A stretch of 63,617 bases of DNA, filler included, from Stramenopiles sp. TOSAG23-6 (GCA_900128565.1; 11 parts of 11 records of this genome joined end to end with filler, not necessarily neighbours in it), one strand, 5' to 3'; counted from the first letter of the whole stretch, positions 23,213-35,454 are shown. Notes: generated by a model not told the origin, from the sequence alone. Numbers and translations are program-made.

Positions 23213-24640
23213 CAAATATAAAGATTCTAATTGCATAGACCAAAAAAAGAAACAAAATGACAAAAAAGATTTCAATATTTGATAGATTATAACTTTTTCT
23301 TTCTAAACCTTCAATTATATCCCCACCGTTACCAAGACTGTATTTTGGAAAGATATTTCAAAAAAAAAATCCAATTTTTTTTTGTTTTTTTTGTTTTTTT
23401 TGTTAGGTACAAAATTTACTATGAAAAAAAAAAACGAATTTGAATAAAAATTAAAACATACATGATTCGAAATAAAGATGTATTTTGGAAAAATATTGTA
23501 CATGTATACTATTTGATTTAATAATGAAAAGATATGTATATATAATTTTAAAATTAAAAAAAAAAAAAAAATCAATGAAAAAAAACATGTTACCATAGAC
23601 TAAACTATTTTGTTTAAAAAAAAAAAAAAAAAAAAAAAAATCACAATGAAAAAATACATGTGCTCCCATATACAAAACTACTTAGCTGAGGTGTATATTT
23701 CCCTATTATAGCGACATAACAAATAACAACAGGATATAAGACGAATAGAATGAATAGAACAACTTTTGTGAGTTGTTTCGACCCAATTGAAATACTTTGT
23801 AATAATTCACTTATTGAAGAATTTGGGAATAATTTTGTAATTATTAAACAAATCACGTAAAATAAATATAATGTAATGAGATTTTGTTCAATGAGCAAAA
23901 AACTCGAAATATCATCTTGTGCCGTTGTAAAGGCTTCATTTCCAGATGTTGAACCTGCAGGATCAATAACTGTACATATAATGGATAATATATTTCAAAT
24001 TTCAATTTTTTTTTTGTTAGTAAAAAAAAATCAAATTTCAATTTTTTTTTTTTTTTTTTNTTAGTAAAAAAAAATCAAATTTCAATTTTTTTTTTGTTAG
24101 TAAAAAAGTATTTAGTTTGCAATGACAATAGGTAGTAGAGAGGATTAGAAGTACAGAACATATTTGAAAAAAAATTAAATGTTTTTTTTTTTTCGAAAAA
24201 AGTGTTGTATGAAAACCCTAACATGTACAAACAAACAAAAACGTACAAAATTTGTTTTCAAAAGGACACCCATAAATGATCTTACTTAATGACTCTAAAC
24301 TAATATTATTTTTTATCGATTTTCGTACGGCATTTTGTTGCACGCTGAGGTATAAAAATAATACTATACAAATGACATTGACTATATTGATTACATTGTC
24401 TAGTGTTATCAATTGCACAAGTCTCAAACATCGAATTGAAAATGCTTTAGGGTTAGGGTTAGTAAAGACCTTTTTTTTATACCATAGATTTATACTTTGA
24501 TATAATTGAACACATGAAATAAAACCTGCAGATAGTACTATAAAGAGTTGTAAGAAACCATAGCTTGTTTGAGATTCGACATCCATTTATTGTTTGAAGA
24601 TATATTTTGTAAAAAAATATTAGGTACAAAATTTCGTAGT

Positions 24641-24675
<35 letters not shown>

Positions 24676-24789
24676 AAGATACATTGATGTAATTTCCATT
24701 CGTGAGATAACAGTAGCTAAGAGATGATCAAACTCAAAATAAAAATATTTTTGAAAAAGTCTACCACTGGATGGAGACACATATGCCAC
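23213..24789 (-). CDS. Polycystin-2/TRP-like cation channel fragment; exons 24789-24683, 24584-24247, 23975-23658, 23477-23462, 23337-23213
   Basis: The spliced product has successive transmembrane helices and pore-helix SSFVYGSTSLFRIILG (compare PKD2 FRIILG); all four junctions are in phase (three AT, one AG). Confidence 0.7.
24585..24682 (-). mobile_element. Introner-family intron, GT-AT
   Basis: TCA AT|GTATCT...CAATAAAT|G GAT; an in-frame TAA just upstream of the AT rules out earlier acceptors. Confidence 0.75.
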
Positions 24790-24929
24790 ATGTCTTTTGG
24801 AAAAATATTTCACAAAAAAAATTTTGAAAATTCGTTAGGTACAAAATTTCGTACGAAAACCAAAAAAAAACCAAAAAAAAAAAAATCGATTTTTTTTTAA
24901 GGCCAAAAAAAAAAAAAAAAAAAACATAC

Positions 24930-25236
24930 ATGAATAAGATTTGCATTTTCTAAATATTGAAACATTTTTGTAATGATTGGTGGTTCACATCCAACTGCCA
25001 TAACTTTTTTTTGTTTCCAATATGTTGATAAGCATGTTCCAATATTGGCTAAAGACGAATTTTTAATTGCTTCAGCACAAAGTTTTGCATTATTTTTTAG
25101 AGATTTCGTGTTTTCAACAATATCTAAATTTCTTGAATACCAACGACGTATTACATTTTGTAACAGATTTCGTGCTAAACGAGATCGACCTGTAAAAACA
25201 AGAACAATATGTTTAGCAATACTCGAATAACTATCA

Positions 25237-25276
<40 letters not shown>

Positions 25277-28200
25277 CATTATTGGTCTGAAAATTTGTAT
25301 GATTTCGTGTGTTTTGTAGTATTGGTTGTGAACATTTTTTTTCGTGTTGAGTTGTAGTACTAGGGTTGGGGTTAGGGTTAGGGTTTGTTTCTTTGTTTTG
25401 TTTATCTACAGAAATAATTTTTGGTTGGATATGTAAAGGTAATGAACCTGGTGATGCTGTTAATTTAAAACCCGGTAACAACCCACCTACTTGGTCTTGC
25501 CAACCTCCTCCACTTGTCAATAATTGTTCTAATTGAAGAACAGCCTACATTTTTTTAAAATATTTCAAAAAAAAAATTAATATTTTTTTTGTTAGGTACA
25601 AAATTGACTACGAAAAAAAAAATTTAAAAAAAAAGTAAATTCAAAAAAAAAAAATTTTTAAAAATTTAAAAAATTACGAATGATAAATAAAACTATTACA
25701 CGTGTGACATACATGAAGCAAACTATTCATATCATACTTAATATCACAAACCTGTCCAATAGCTTGTAAGACACAACCTGCTAAAATAGAACTTGTACCA
25801 AGACCACTACCAACAGGTAATTTAGACCAACACGAAATCTCCAAACCACATCCAATTTTTTCCATTAATTGTGTTGCCAAAATATTTTGATTTTCATTTT
25901 CATTTTCAGTTTGATTAAAATTATGTTTTTTTTCATTTTTGTTTATTACTATTGGAGCATTGGTTTCACTAGAAGTAAGGTTTTCACTAGGGTTAGGGTT
26001 TATATTAATCAAACCACAGCTTATTACTGCTGCTTTAAGTAGTGCTGCTGGGGCTTGAGGTGTACAATAATCATATAACTGATTTATATGTGATATATTG
26101 ACTGTTCCTTTATGAGTATGGAATATAAGAACAGGTTTGTTCAAACGACGAATAGCTGCTCCACTATACTATTAAAAAATATATATAAATAAGATGTATT
26201 GATTTATTACAATGAATTTTCAAAAAAAAAAAAAAAAAAAAAAAAATTCAAATATTTTCAGAAAAAAAAAACAATTTTTAAAACAATTTTTTAAATTTTG
26301 TTTAAATTTTGTTTTGTATGTGTACTACACATACATTGGTCGAATAAACAGGTTTGTGTTTTTTTGTTGGATAAAATGTTCATTATCCCATTTACGCATA
26401 GTAATTGCAACGTTACATGTATTATGAAAAAGTATTTCTTCAAAAAAAAAAATCATATTTTTTTGTTAGGTACAAAATTTACTACGAAAAAAAAAATTAG
26501 AAAAAAAAAATTCAATTTTTAAAAACATACATACTAATCCACCATATTCAAATGTAATTGGAGGTGTATCTGTCCAACCTCCTGCTAAATCTATACGTGC
26601 ACCTGATTTCACAATGATCCAATGTTTGGATTGTTTGGATTGATCAAATTTGGATGGATCAAATATTTTTTTTCCACTTTTTTCGTGTTTTTTTATTTTT
26701 TCAATTTTTTCAATTTTTTCAATTTTTTCAATTTTTTCAATTTTTTCAATTTTTTCGTGTTTTTCTTTAAATTTGTTTGTTATAAAAACATCACAAGTTT
26801 TTACTGCCTGTTGAATTAACATTTGAGCAGCACCTTCATAATGCCTTGATGCACGAATGTTGTGTATAAAAAAATGTAAAAAATGTGTTTTTGTTAGGTA
26901 TAAAAATTTGTATGCAAAAAATGTAAAAATGTAAAAAAAATGTAAATTTTTTTTTTCTACAATTTAAAATGTAAAAAAAAAATTTAAAAAAATTAAAAAA
27001 AAAAAAAAAAACATACATTAATGANTTCGCATTATTCATCCATGAAACACGAATTCTAGACATTTTCTGAACAGATTGACGTCTCATTTGTTGTCCCTGG
27101 CATAAACCTGTGAAAGCTTCAGCCCATTGTGTATTTCGTGCATATAGTGTGTTATAATATTTCAATATAAAAAAACTAAAAAAAATTGAAATATTTAAAA
27201 AAAAAAAAAAAAATTGCAGTGATTCAAAAAATGATATATACTGGGCCTGATCGTAAGCCACCGCAATGATCGCATGTATATACTAGATATATTTACATTT
27301 TCTATTTGTTAGGTACAAGATTTTATTGTAAAAAAAAATCCAAATGTAAAATTAAAATTAAAAATTGAATGAAATTAAAAAAGTTGAAAAAAAAAAAAAA
27401 ACATGAAATTATACAAATTATACAAATAATAAAAATAGTACATAATCATGATACAAAACATACCATAACGACGTGATACATATCCAAATCGAGCAATTGC
27501 AGATAATAAATCAGCAATTTGGGCAAATGCTCTCGCAGAAATATCAACATCCTCATGACACGAAATCTCGTCCAAAATTGGAAAAATACGAGAAAATGTG
27601 TTGTATTGAGCTGCATGTTTATATATATCGGATAATTCAATATGTTTACGATGTAGTAAAACATGTTTCATCTTTGCTATACCAATTGTAGTATAAATTT
27701 GTGTACGGTGTTTGAATATTTTTTTTAAATTTGCATTTTCAAGAATTTCGTATAATGAAGTTTTTTCACAAGATTGCCACGTGTCAAAAGATTTTTGTAT
27801 TTCATCATGACTTAATTTTTGTACTGGACGAGAAAAGTCTAAAAGCCATTGAATTGGTTCAATAGAAATATCTTGATTTTCATGAAATATTGGAAAAAGT
27901 AATGCATGAAGAAGATTTTGTTGATTTTGTTTCTTTTTTAACCCTAACCCTAGTGGCCAAATGTCATTCATGGAACAAAACTGTCCACAATACTCAAAAA
28001 ATGTTGACCATAATTTTCCCATAAATTTTCCATTGTTTTCCATTGAAATTAACCAAGAATCATTTATACCAGTACAAACCAATACTTTACAGTCATTATC
28101 AATTGGTATTTCTTGTATACATGTTTTCGAAGGAATTTCAAATTGAATAGGATGATGTAAAGATAATCCAGAAATGATGCAATGTTGTCCAATTGTTAAA

Positions 28201-28699
28201 ACATCATTGATATTTCGTGTTTTTTTTTGATCATCAATTTTTTGTATTTTTTGTATTTTTTGTATTTTTTGTATACATTGACAATGTTCAATAATTGAAT
28301 ATTCTCCTAAGCTACCAGGTATAGTTATAGTACTATTTAATAGTATAGACGTTGGACTCATTTGAAATTGAGATGATTTCGTTTCATTTTTACATTTCGT
28401 GTTAGGGTTAGGGGTTGGATTCATTTTTTTTTGATTTTTTTGATTTTTTTTTTTTTTTTGATTTTTTTGATTTGTTGAAACACACGAAAAATAGTTTTGA
28501 CTTGATTTTACAAAACTATACTCAGCTATCGATGAATTTGGTATACATGCGTTTAAAGAAATTTTGTACTTATTTCTTATAATATCCCAAAGATTTTGTT
28601 TCATTGTAATGGATGCAGTATTTGAAGATTGATTTGATGAAAACACGAAATCTTTCATTTTAACATTTTTGACAAGAGTTCCCAGAAAATCCAAATACA
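24930..28699 (-). CDS. FCSK: L-fucose kinase (GHMP family), truncated at both ends; six internal introns
   Basis: GGLRSGP|ARN, LI|RASRHYEGAAQ, ARIDLAGGWTDTPP, LPVGSGLGTSSILAG, LH|AVLQLEQLLTSGGGWQDQVGG and YWKQKKVMA. Confidence 0.93.
25545..25712 (-). mobile_element. Introner-family intron, GT-AG
   Basis: CAT|GTATGT...ATGTAG|GCT GTT restores LLHAVLQLEQ. Confidence 0.9.
26164..26334 (-). other. Intron, GT-AG (degenerate family member)
   Basis: CCA AT|GTATGT...TATAG|T GGA restores RPIGA. Confidence 0.85.
26417..26530 (-). mobile_element. Introner-family intron, GT-AT
   Basis: GTA T|GTATGT...ATAATACAT|GT AAC gives GGLVCNVAI; the only nearby AG creates TAA. Confidence 0.85.
26857..27016 (-). 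mobile_element. Introner-family intron, GT-AT
   Basis: TTA AT|GTATGT...ACAACAT|T CGT restores LIRASRHYE. Confidence 0.88.
27142..27241 (-). mobile_element. Intron, GT-AT (degenerate family member)
   Basis: CCA|GTATAT...ACTATAT|GCA restores GGLRSGPARN. Confidence 0.88.
27274..27463 (-). mobile_element. Introner-family intron, GT-AT
   Basis: TAT G|GTATGT...GTACCTAAC...TATACAT|GC keeps frame into a 32-nt exon. Confidence 0.78.
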
Positions 28700-28856
28700 A
28701 TGAAAAAAAATAGTAAATGCCATTTGTGTTTTGATGAGTTTGAAATGTTTAAAATGTTTGGAAAAAAAAAAAAAACTAATTTCAATTTTGAACATTCAAA
28801 TGGAATAAACAAATATACAAATACACAAATAAACAATTTAAAAAAAAAAAAAAATC

Positions 28857-28913
<57 letters not shown>

Positions 28914-29066
28914 NNNNNNNNNNNNNNNNNNNNNNNNNNNNNNNNNNNNNNNNNNNNTTAATTAATTAANNNNNNNNNNNNNNNNNNNNNNNNNNNNNNN
29001 NNNNNNNNNNNNNTACAAAATTTCGTACGAAAAAAAAATTCGAATTTGAAAAAAAATAAAACGTAC

Positions 29067-31186
29067 ACCGGAAGCAAATTGAGTTGTTGCATCAACATCT
29101 TTCACGGTGACAGATGTACTGCCTTTGGTAAAAGATCCATCTACTAAAACTCCAGTATTTGTTTTCGTAACACTAACATTCACTTCATCAATGGAATCGA
29201 GTAACTCTAGTGTTGTTTTTACTGTAACGGGTGTTGCATCAAAGGATATATTGGATGTAGTTTGTGAATAGTTACTACCTGTGAATGATATCGTAAATGT
29301 TCCACCCGTAGCATCACAAGTTAATGTTTGCTCTTCATTTTTCTGCCCAATGGTTATTGGATCATCCCCAGATGGACAAGTCTGAAGTTCACATTTATAA
29401 CCATAAAAATCAGAGAATTCACCTTTAAAAGGGCCATGCCACTGTCGCGTTTTGCAACTACAACCTCGTATCATATCAGCATCCCATGAATTTTGACTAT
29501 CTCCATAAGAAACACTATTTAAATTGGCTAAAGAGCGCATACTCAAACATTCACCTGAAGCAGCGGATGCATCTTTGTCAGTAACACCAGCACCAGTACA
29601 TATATGTAAATTATTGTCAGAGAAACATCGAAGTAATTCACATGCATTTCCTTCAAAAGGACCATCACATATACATTTCCCAGTTGCTCTATCACACTCT
29701 CCACGATTAGAACATTCCCATTCTCCATTTGCAGAAAATGTATGTGCTTGGTCAGACGAGGACGGTTCAGCAAACCACGGTTTACCTGTTGGACATTTTT
29801 TATGTTGACAAAACACACCTGAATAACCACCATCACAGACACATGAATATCCTGTAGTAAAATCACAGAATCCATGTCCCCAGCAGGGTAATGTGGGTCG
29901 CATGGAGAAAAGAAAAATATTTTACATTCGAAATTTCGTTAGGTACGAAATGTAGTACAAAAAAAATAAATTTGAAATTCAATTTTGAAAACGTACATCC
30001 TTTGATCATACGGAACTGGGCAATTGTCAGTTGATGCAATTTGACTCTTGTTATAATAACCACAATCACCAACAGTTCCTTCACCACCGGCACCATCCGA
30101 TGATGCAAAACCTGTAAAACATACGCACCCCCCACTGGTACAATATCCACGTATTGTGAAAAATATTTCAAAAAAAATTCGTTAGGTACGAAATTGCGTA
30201 TGAAAACCAAAAAAAAAAATTGAATTAGAAATTCATATAAAACATACACGACCACTACACATTATCCGCTCTCTAGTCCCTGTTGTATCTGGAGTTGTAT
30301 TGATTGTTGCAGAGCCTGTTAGTACTTCAGTATATAGAGGAGGATGAGTTCCAGGATTATGAGTAAATGTTATTTTTGATATAGCACCACCCGATGCGCA
30401 TATAGCGCTACCTCCTGATGTTATACTAACAGTTACTTCTGGAATATTTGCTAAATTTTCCAAGGCTGCTTTTAAATCAGACGCTGTAGCATCACCCGCT
30501 ATTCCTGAAGTTTTTTTACCTCGAAAATTAAGCGTGAAACTTGCACTTGAAGGAACTGCTGAAGTACATTCAATCTGCTGAATCTCGTTTACCTGAGACA
30601 TAGTGAACGGATCATCTCCGAAGGGACAATCTATTTGCAATGAACAGTCGTAGCCTTCTCGACCCTCATCACAAACGCAGCCATAGATCATATCAGCATC
30701 CCAGGGCGTTGAATAGTTGATCCCCAATAAATTCAAATGATTTCCATCAAATTCAGCACCAGCTTCACGCATAGAACGACACTTACCATATCCATTACAG
30801 ACTTTACCGTCCTCGTTGCGTGGACAAGAAAGGCGTTGACACGCTGAACCTTCGAAACCATTTTCACACTTGCACGTTCCAGTTGTTCTATCACAAGTAC
30901 CCATATTACTACACTCTACCCCACTTTGATGAGCGACGTTGGTTTGACTAGCAGAATCTGCCCAGCTTTTACCTGTTGGACAAGCACGTAGAGAACAATC
31001 GCTTCCATGCCAACCGTGTTCACATTCGCATGTTCTGTTCGTGGAACAGTATCCGTGACCACTGCACTTTGTAACGATGCAGTGTGCATAGGCTTTTGGA
31101 AGGGCAGTAGAAAATAAAGAAACTAGAAATATAAAGTCGATGATGCATGCAACAAACACACTTGATTTATGTGTGGATGGCGTCAT
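29067..31186 (-). CDS. Secreted EGF-repeat protein, 3'-truncated; introns 30149-30247 and 29902-29996
   Basis: Signal peptide; CSGHGYC, ECSNMGTCDRTTGTCKC, WDADMIYGCVCD and CPFGDDP modules occur twice. Confidence 0.9.
29902..29996 (-). mobile_element. Introner-family intron, GT-AT
   Basis: AGG AT|GTACGT...CTCCAT|G CGA keeps frame. Confidence 0.82.
30149..30247 (-). mobile_element. Introner-family intron, GT-GT (or GT-AC in the shifted register)
   Basis: CGT|GTATGT...CACAATACGT|GGA TAT TGT restores the EGF motif CSGRGYC. Confidence 0.85.
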
Positions 31187-31665
31187 TTATAATACTTAGT
31201 GCATGTGCCGACTGAATCAGATCAAAATCTATCAATGACTATGCAAGTAAATGTTCTTTTCAAGGGTTCCGTTAGACGTGACAGTTTCATTTTAGGAGTC
31301 GTATATATTTATTAGTAGTAGTATTTCGTGTAAAAAGTGATGTCAACAGAAAATTTGTAAAGATATTTGGGTTTTCATAGATCTGGCACCCACAAAACTG
31401 TCGGTCGAGATCTGGAGTGACTTCAGGGGGTTAGATTCCTCTTTTTGTAAACAGCAGTTGATGAACATATCGTATCATATAAAGGATAACAAAACAGAGA
31501 AGTTTTATTTTTTTTATTTTTTGAAAAAATAATCAGTATATATCAAATATTGTTTGTTCAAATGATATAAATATTGTCAAATTTCAATTTTTTATCAAAA
31601 GTCAAACGTCGAGCCGAATCTTAAGAATAATAAAACACTCAACTTGAATATCTTACTGTAACTAT

Positions 31666-33347
31666 TTACTCTTGTTTTTCAATTTGTTCTATTAATATAT
31701 CATGTCTTAATGATGAATATAACAGATTCCAAACAAGAAGTAGTATAAAAACAATATAAAATGAAGCAGGCAAAATGGCTCTGATATATTCCACATACGA
31801 CTGAACTTCTATTTCTTTTTCTGCAGCCTCATGCTCTAGTTCCTTTACAAGCTCTTCTATTTCTGATGCAAGTAAATCGTCTGAATTTTGTATTTGTTTT
31901 ATCTCATCCTTGTGCTGATTTAAAAGGAAATGAACTCGTGTCACAAGAAAAATAATCGTGAGTGAAGTTAAAAAGCATAAAATCAAAATCCAATGCATCC
32001 ACAATAATGAAGTAACTGGAGGCATTGTACCTGTATTCATACCACCAACAAAAGTCATTGTGGTAAGAAATGCAAATGATGCTGTAGCAATCTGTGCACT
32101 AAAGTGATCATGATGTGATATAAATAGTGAACCTAAAGCCATGGATAAAATAAACCAAAGAGGAACCAACGTATTGCTCACTGGACCCCAGTATTGACGT
32201 GTTACTACAATTGCACCGATCACAAAGCCATCATCTTTCCCTCCATTGAACATGGATGGTTCATTCGTATTGCGTACCGCATATTTACCAGGTGACCATG
32301 CTGTATTTTTTCTTGGTTTTCGTGTTCCTGGTGGATTGTATCCTTTGAGTGAAAGCTCATCTGGTCCATATCTAAATGAGGATAATTTTACTTGAACAAG
32401 TTGTTCATCAAATGGATACCCCCATAAATCAAAATTAACAATAACCTTGACATTCATCCTTTGAACCAACTTGAGATGCCCCTTTTCATGAAAAAGACTT
32501 TCTGTATGAATCTCGGATGGATGAGCTTTGTTACGTGCTTCGATTCCAGGAGTCCATGTACAGTGAAACATTATTTCAAAAATTTGTTTTTTTTGTTAGG
32601 TACATAATTTACTATGAAAAAATAAATTCGGAATTAAAATGATGAAAACGTACATGCAGGCCAACCCTCTTCCGTCATATGAATAAAACCTCTATACTCA
32701 ACATACTCTAAACGCGGATCAAACCATTCTGATTTAATAAGAATATCTAAATCTGCTTGTTGTATTGCCTGATTAATTCCCTGAAATTGCACGAAATCTA
32801 GTCCAACATTAATTACATCTATTTTGCCACTTTTTTTGCTTGGACGATCTTCTGGGTTATAGTGGAGAGGAAAATACATGCCTTCTTCACGAGAAAATGC
32901 CTCGGGAACCATTCCATCAGTCAAGATCTCAGTACCATTTTGATCAGCATTTTTTTGTATAGAAGACTGTTTTTTTTCAGCGGCAACTGCCAAAATATCA
33001 TCAAAATTATATGTTGGTTTTTGTGTTTTGTTTTGAACGTTTCCCTGATTGGTATTCATCACTGTTGCATTCGGTGAAGCAAATCGAAAGTTACCTTTGT
33101 TATTTTCATGTTTTCCTGTATCATGTTGTGACTTTTGTTTGTGCCCAGAATGCTCTGGACGATGTATCCCCGTAGGATTTGTAATCAAGCGCCGTTTATG
33201 TGGTTGTTTCACAAGCAAACTCTCTTCTTCTTCTTTGACCTCTAGAAAGCTCCGTAATTGTTTGGGTTCATCCGCTACAGTAGCTGACGCTGTATAATGT
33301 AAAGAGTATTGTAATAGAAGAATGAATGCGACTTTTGTGTTCAACAT
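31666..33347 (-). CDS. Pentameric ligand-gated ion channel subunit lacking the Cys-loop cysteines; intron 32556-32653
   Basis: Signal peptide, YNPEDRP, EWFDPRL, WTPGI, FDLWGYPFDEQ and four transmembrane helices. Confidence 0.85.
32556..32653 (-). mobile_element. Introner-family intron, GT-AT
   Basis: GCA T|GTACGT...CTGTACAT|GG ACT CCT restores the conserved WxP. Confidence 0.87.
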
Positions 33348-33737
33348 TATCTTTTTCAATGTTGTTATTATTTCTTGTGAATAATTAGAAGAATTACGAG
33401 AATTAATTAGGCTGTTCGATTTGAATTTTGTGTGATAGAAAATTAATCTCATTGTGCCCCTCCAAAGAAAAAATATTTTTTGAAAAAGAATTTTGAATTT
33501 CTCCTTTCAATTTTGGAACAAACCTGTCATCATTTCAGTTAAATTATTATTATTATAATTTAATTGAAATTTTAAAACAGCTCTATATTACTATGACAAA
33601 AAGATTTCACAAAGAGAAAAGTTCAATTCATCGAGACTTGATCAAATTTCAACAGGATTGATTTAAATAAGTTGTTATTCAACCAAAAAGAAAGATATAG
33701 GAAACATATTTATTTCTAGTATAAAGAGAAAAAAAAA

Positions 33738-34669
33738 TTAATTGTACCCAGAAAATGCCTCACTCTCCTCCATTAATTGTTCTTCTTGAGCCATCTGTAG
33801 CAGTAATGGATCATCAAAAAATTTGCTTTGATTCAAGGTTTCACTGAGACCTTTGCGACGACGAGTTTTGACCATAAATTCTCTGGCTAAATCTTGTACC
33901 GGACTTGGCTCTAACGGACGGAGTACAACTGATTGATCGAGAGGATCTCCAGGTACGATTGACCAGTGATCGAACACTTGCATACAGAAAGCAAGTCCTT
34001 GCGTATGTACGCGTAAATCAGTTTCAAAACCAAATGATTCAATAACTGGAATAAATGCATGTACAGTGTAAAATGGGGTACCTGGTCGAGGAACATCACG
34101 AGTGACGTGACCTCGACGTCGAGATAATACTGTATACACAGCAGGAACGGCATCAGGAGGTGCAAGAACTTCTATATAGTAGACAGGTTCCATCAACCGC
34201 GGAGCAGCTACAAGGAACGAAGAATATGCTACGCGACGTGCTGTAGGAATAATCTGAGCGCCACCTCGTAACATCGCACTTTTTGAAATTGCAGCATCTA
34301 CTACATTAAATTTTACATTTCTCATGGGCTCTTCACATAAAGGACCCTCACGGCAAGCCCATTGGAATCCTTGTACGATATGTTCACGTACATTATCCAA
34401 TAAAGTTTTATCAACTTCTCCAGAAAGCGTATCGTCAATTAATACATTTGGTCCTTTTTTTTCACTAGCACCAAAACCCCAGACATTTCGTGCAGCAAGA
34501 AGATCCCAATCATATTTTTTCTGGAAAAAGTCACCAAGACTTTTTTTATCCCAATCAGAATTTATTGCACCAGATTCAATATCTTCGGCAAGTCCTTTAT
34601 CTAACGGTTCTGCAATAAGTGTTAGTTTATTGTGTTTATTTGGTGTTTCTGAAAAACATTGAACAGTTG
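33738..34669 (-). CDS. EFTUD2: U5 snRNP GTPase Snu114, last exon
   Basis: [48 protein letters not shown] and [15 protein letters not shown]; preceded by family acceptor CACAATACAT|. Confidence 0.97.
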
Positions 34670-34865
34670 ATGTATTGTGAAAAAATATTTTTTTTTTTTA
34701 AATTTTTTTTTTNNNNNNNNNNNNNNNNNNNNNNNNNNNNNNNNNNNNNNNNNNNNTTAATTAATTAANNNNNNNNNNNNNNNNNNNNNNNNNNNNNNNN
34801 NNNNNNNNNNNNTACGAAATTTTGTACCTAACGATTTTTTTTTGAAATATTTTTCCAAAATACAT

Positions 34866-35454
34866 CGCCGGTTTCTCTTCACAAAACTTTCATATATTCT
34901 AATGGAATTTCGTCAATGACACAAATTTCTACACGATATGGCGTATCTTCAAAACATTTGCTTGTCGCCACTCATGATGGTAAGATTGCAATGATAAATA
35001 GGGATATTTTAAATCCAAGAAGACCTGAAAAAAAACCAACCAAAAATGAGGAAAAAGAGCGACTGATGCAATATCATCCTATGTTACCATTCAATTATCA
35101 GGAAGTGATAAGCCATCGCTTATTCTTGCCTCGTGTTTCGGGTGTAATTGCTACGGAAACATTTTTGGAATCGACTTCACTTGTAGCCGGGATGTACATT
35201 TTCATTATTTTTTTTTCATACGAAATTTTCATACGAAATTTTGTACCTAATAACAAAATTCTTGTAATATTTTTTCACAATACATAGGACTTGATATTTT
35301 TTGTACTAGAATGCAGCCTTCTGGTGCATTTGACCAATTGCCAAAATCTTTTAACAAGCCGATGCTAGCTCTTCTTGTTTTTGGTTTGTCTTTTGGCACA
35401 ATATGGGCAAATCAAGCTCTCAGTAAGAAAAAACTGTTTGACGCGTGGAAGTAA
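34866..35454 (+). CDS. EMC1: ER membrane complex subunit 1, C-terminal part; intron 35194-35285
   Basis: T.YGVSSKHLL, LNPRRP, LESTSLVAGI|GLDIF, PSGAFDQL...FNK and terminal WK*. Confidence 0.93.
35194..35285 (+). mobile_element. Introner-family intron, GT-AT
   Basis: GGG AT|GTACAT...CACAATACAT|A GGA; the AG 2 nt downstream is out of frame. Confidence 0.9.

Noticed and set aside
24584-24600. Stop-codon reassignment (in-frame TAA before ATG)
   Set aside because: The TAA lies within the intron end CAATAAAT|, and genes in the window end normally in TAA, TAG and TGA.
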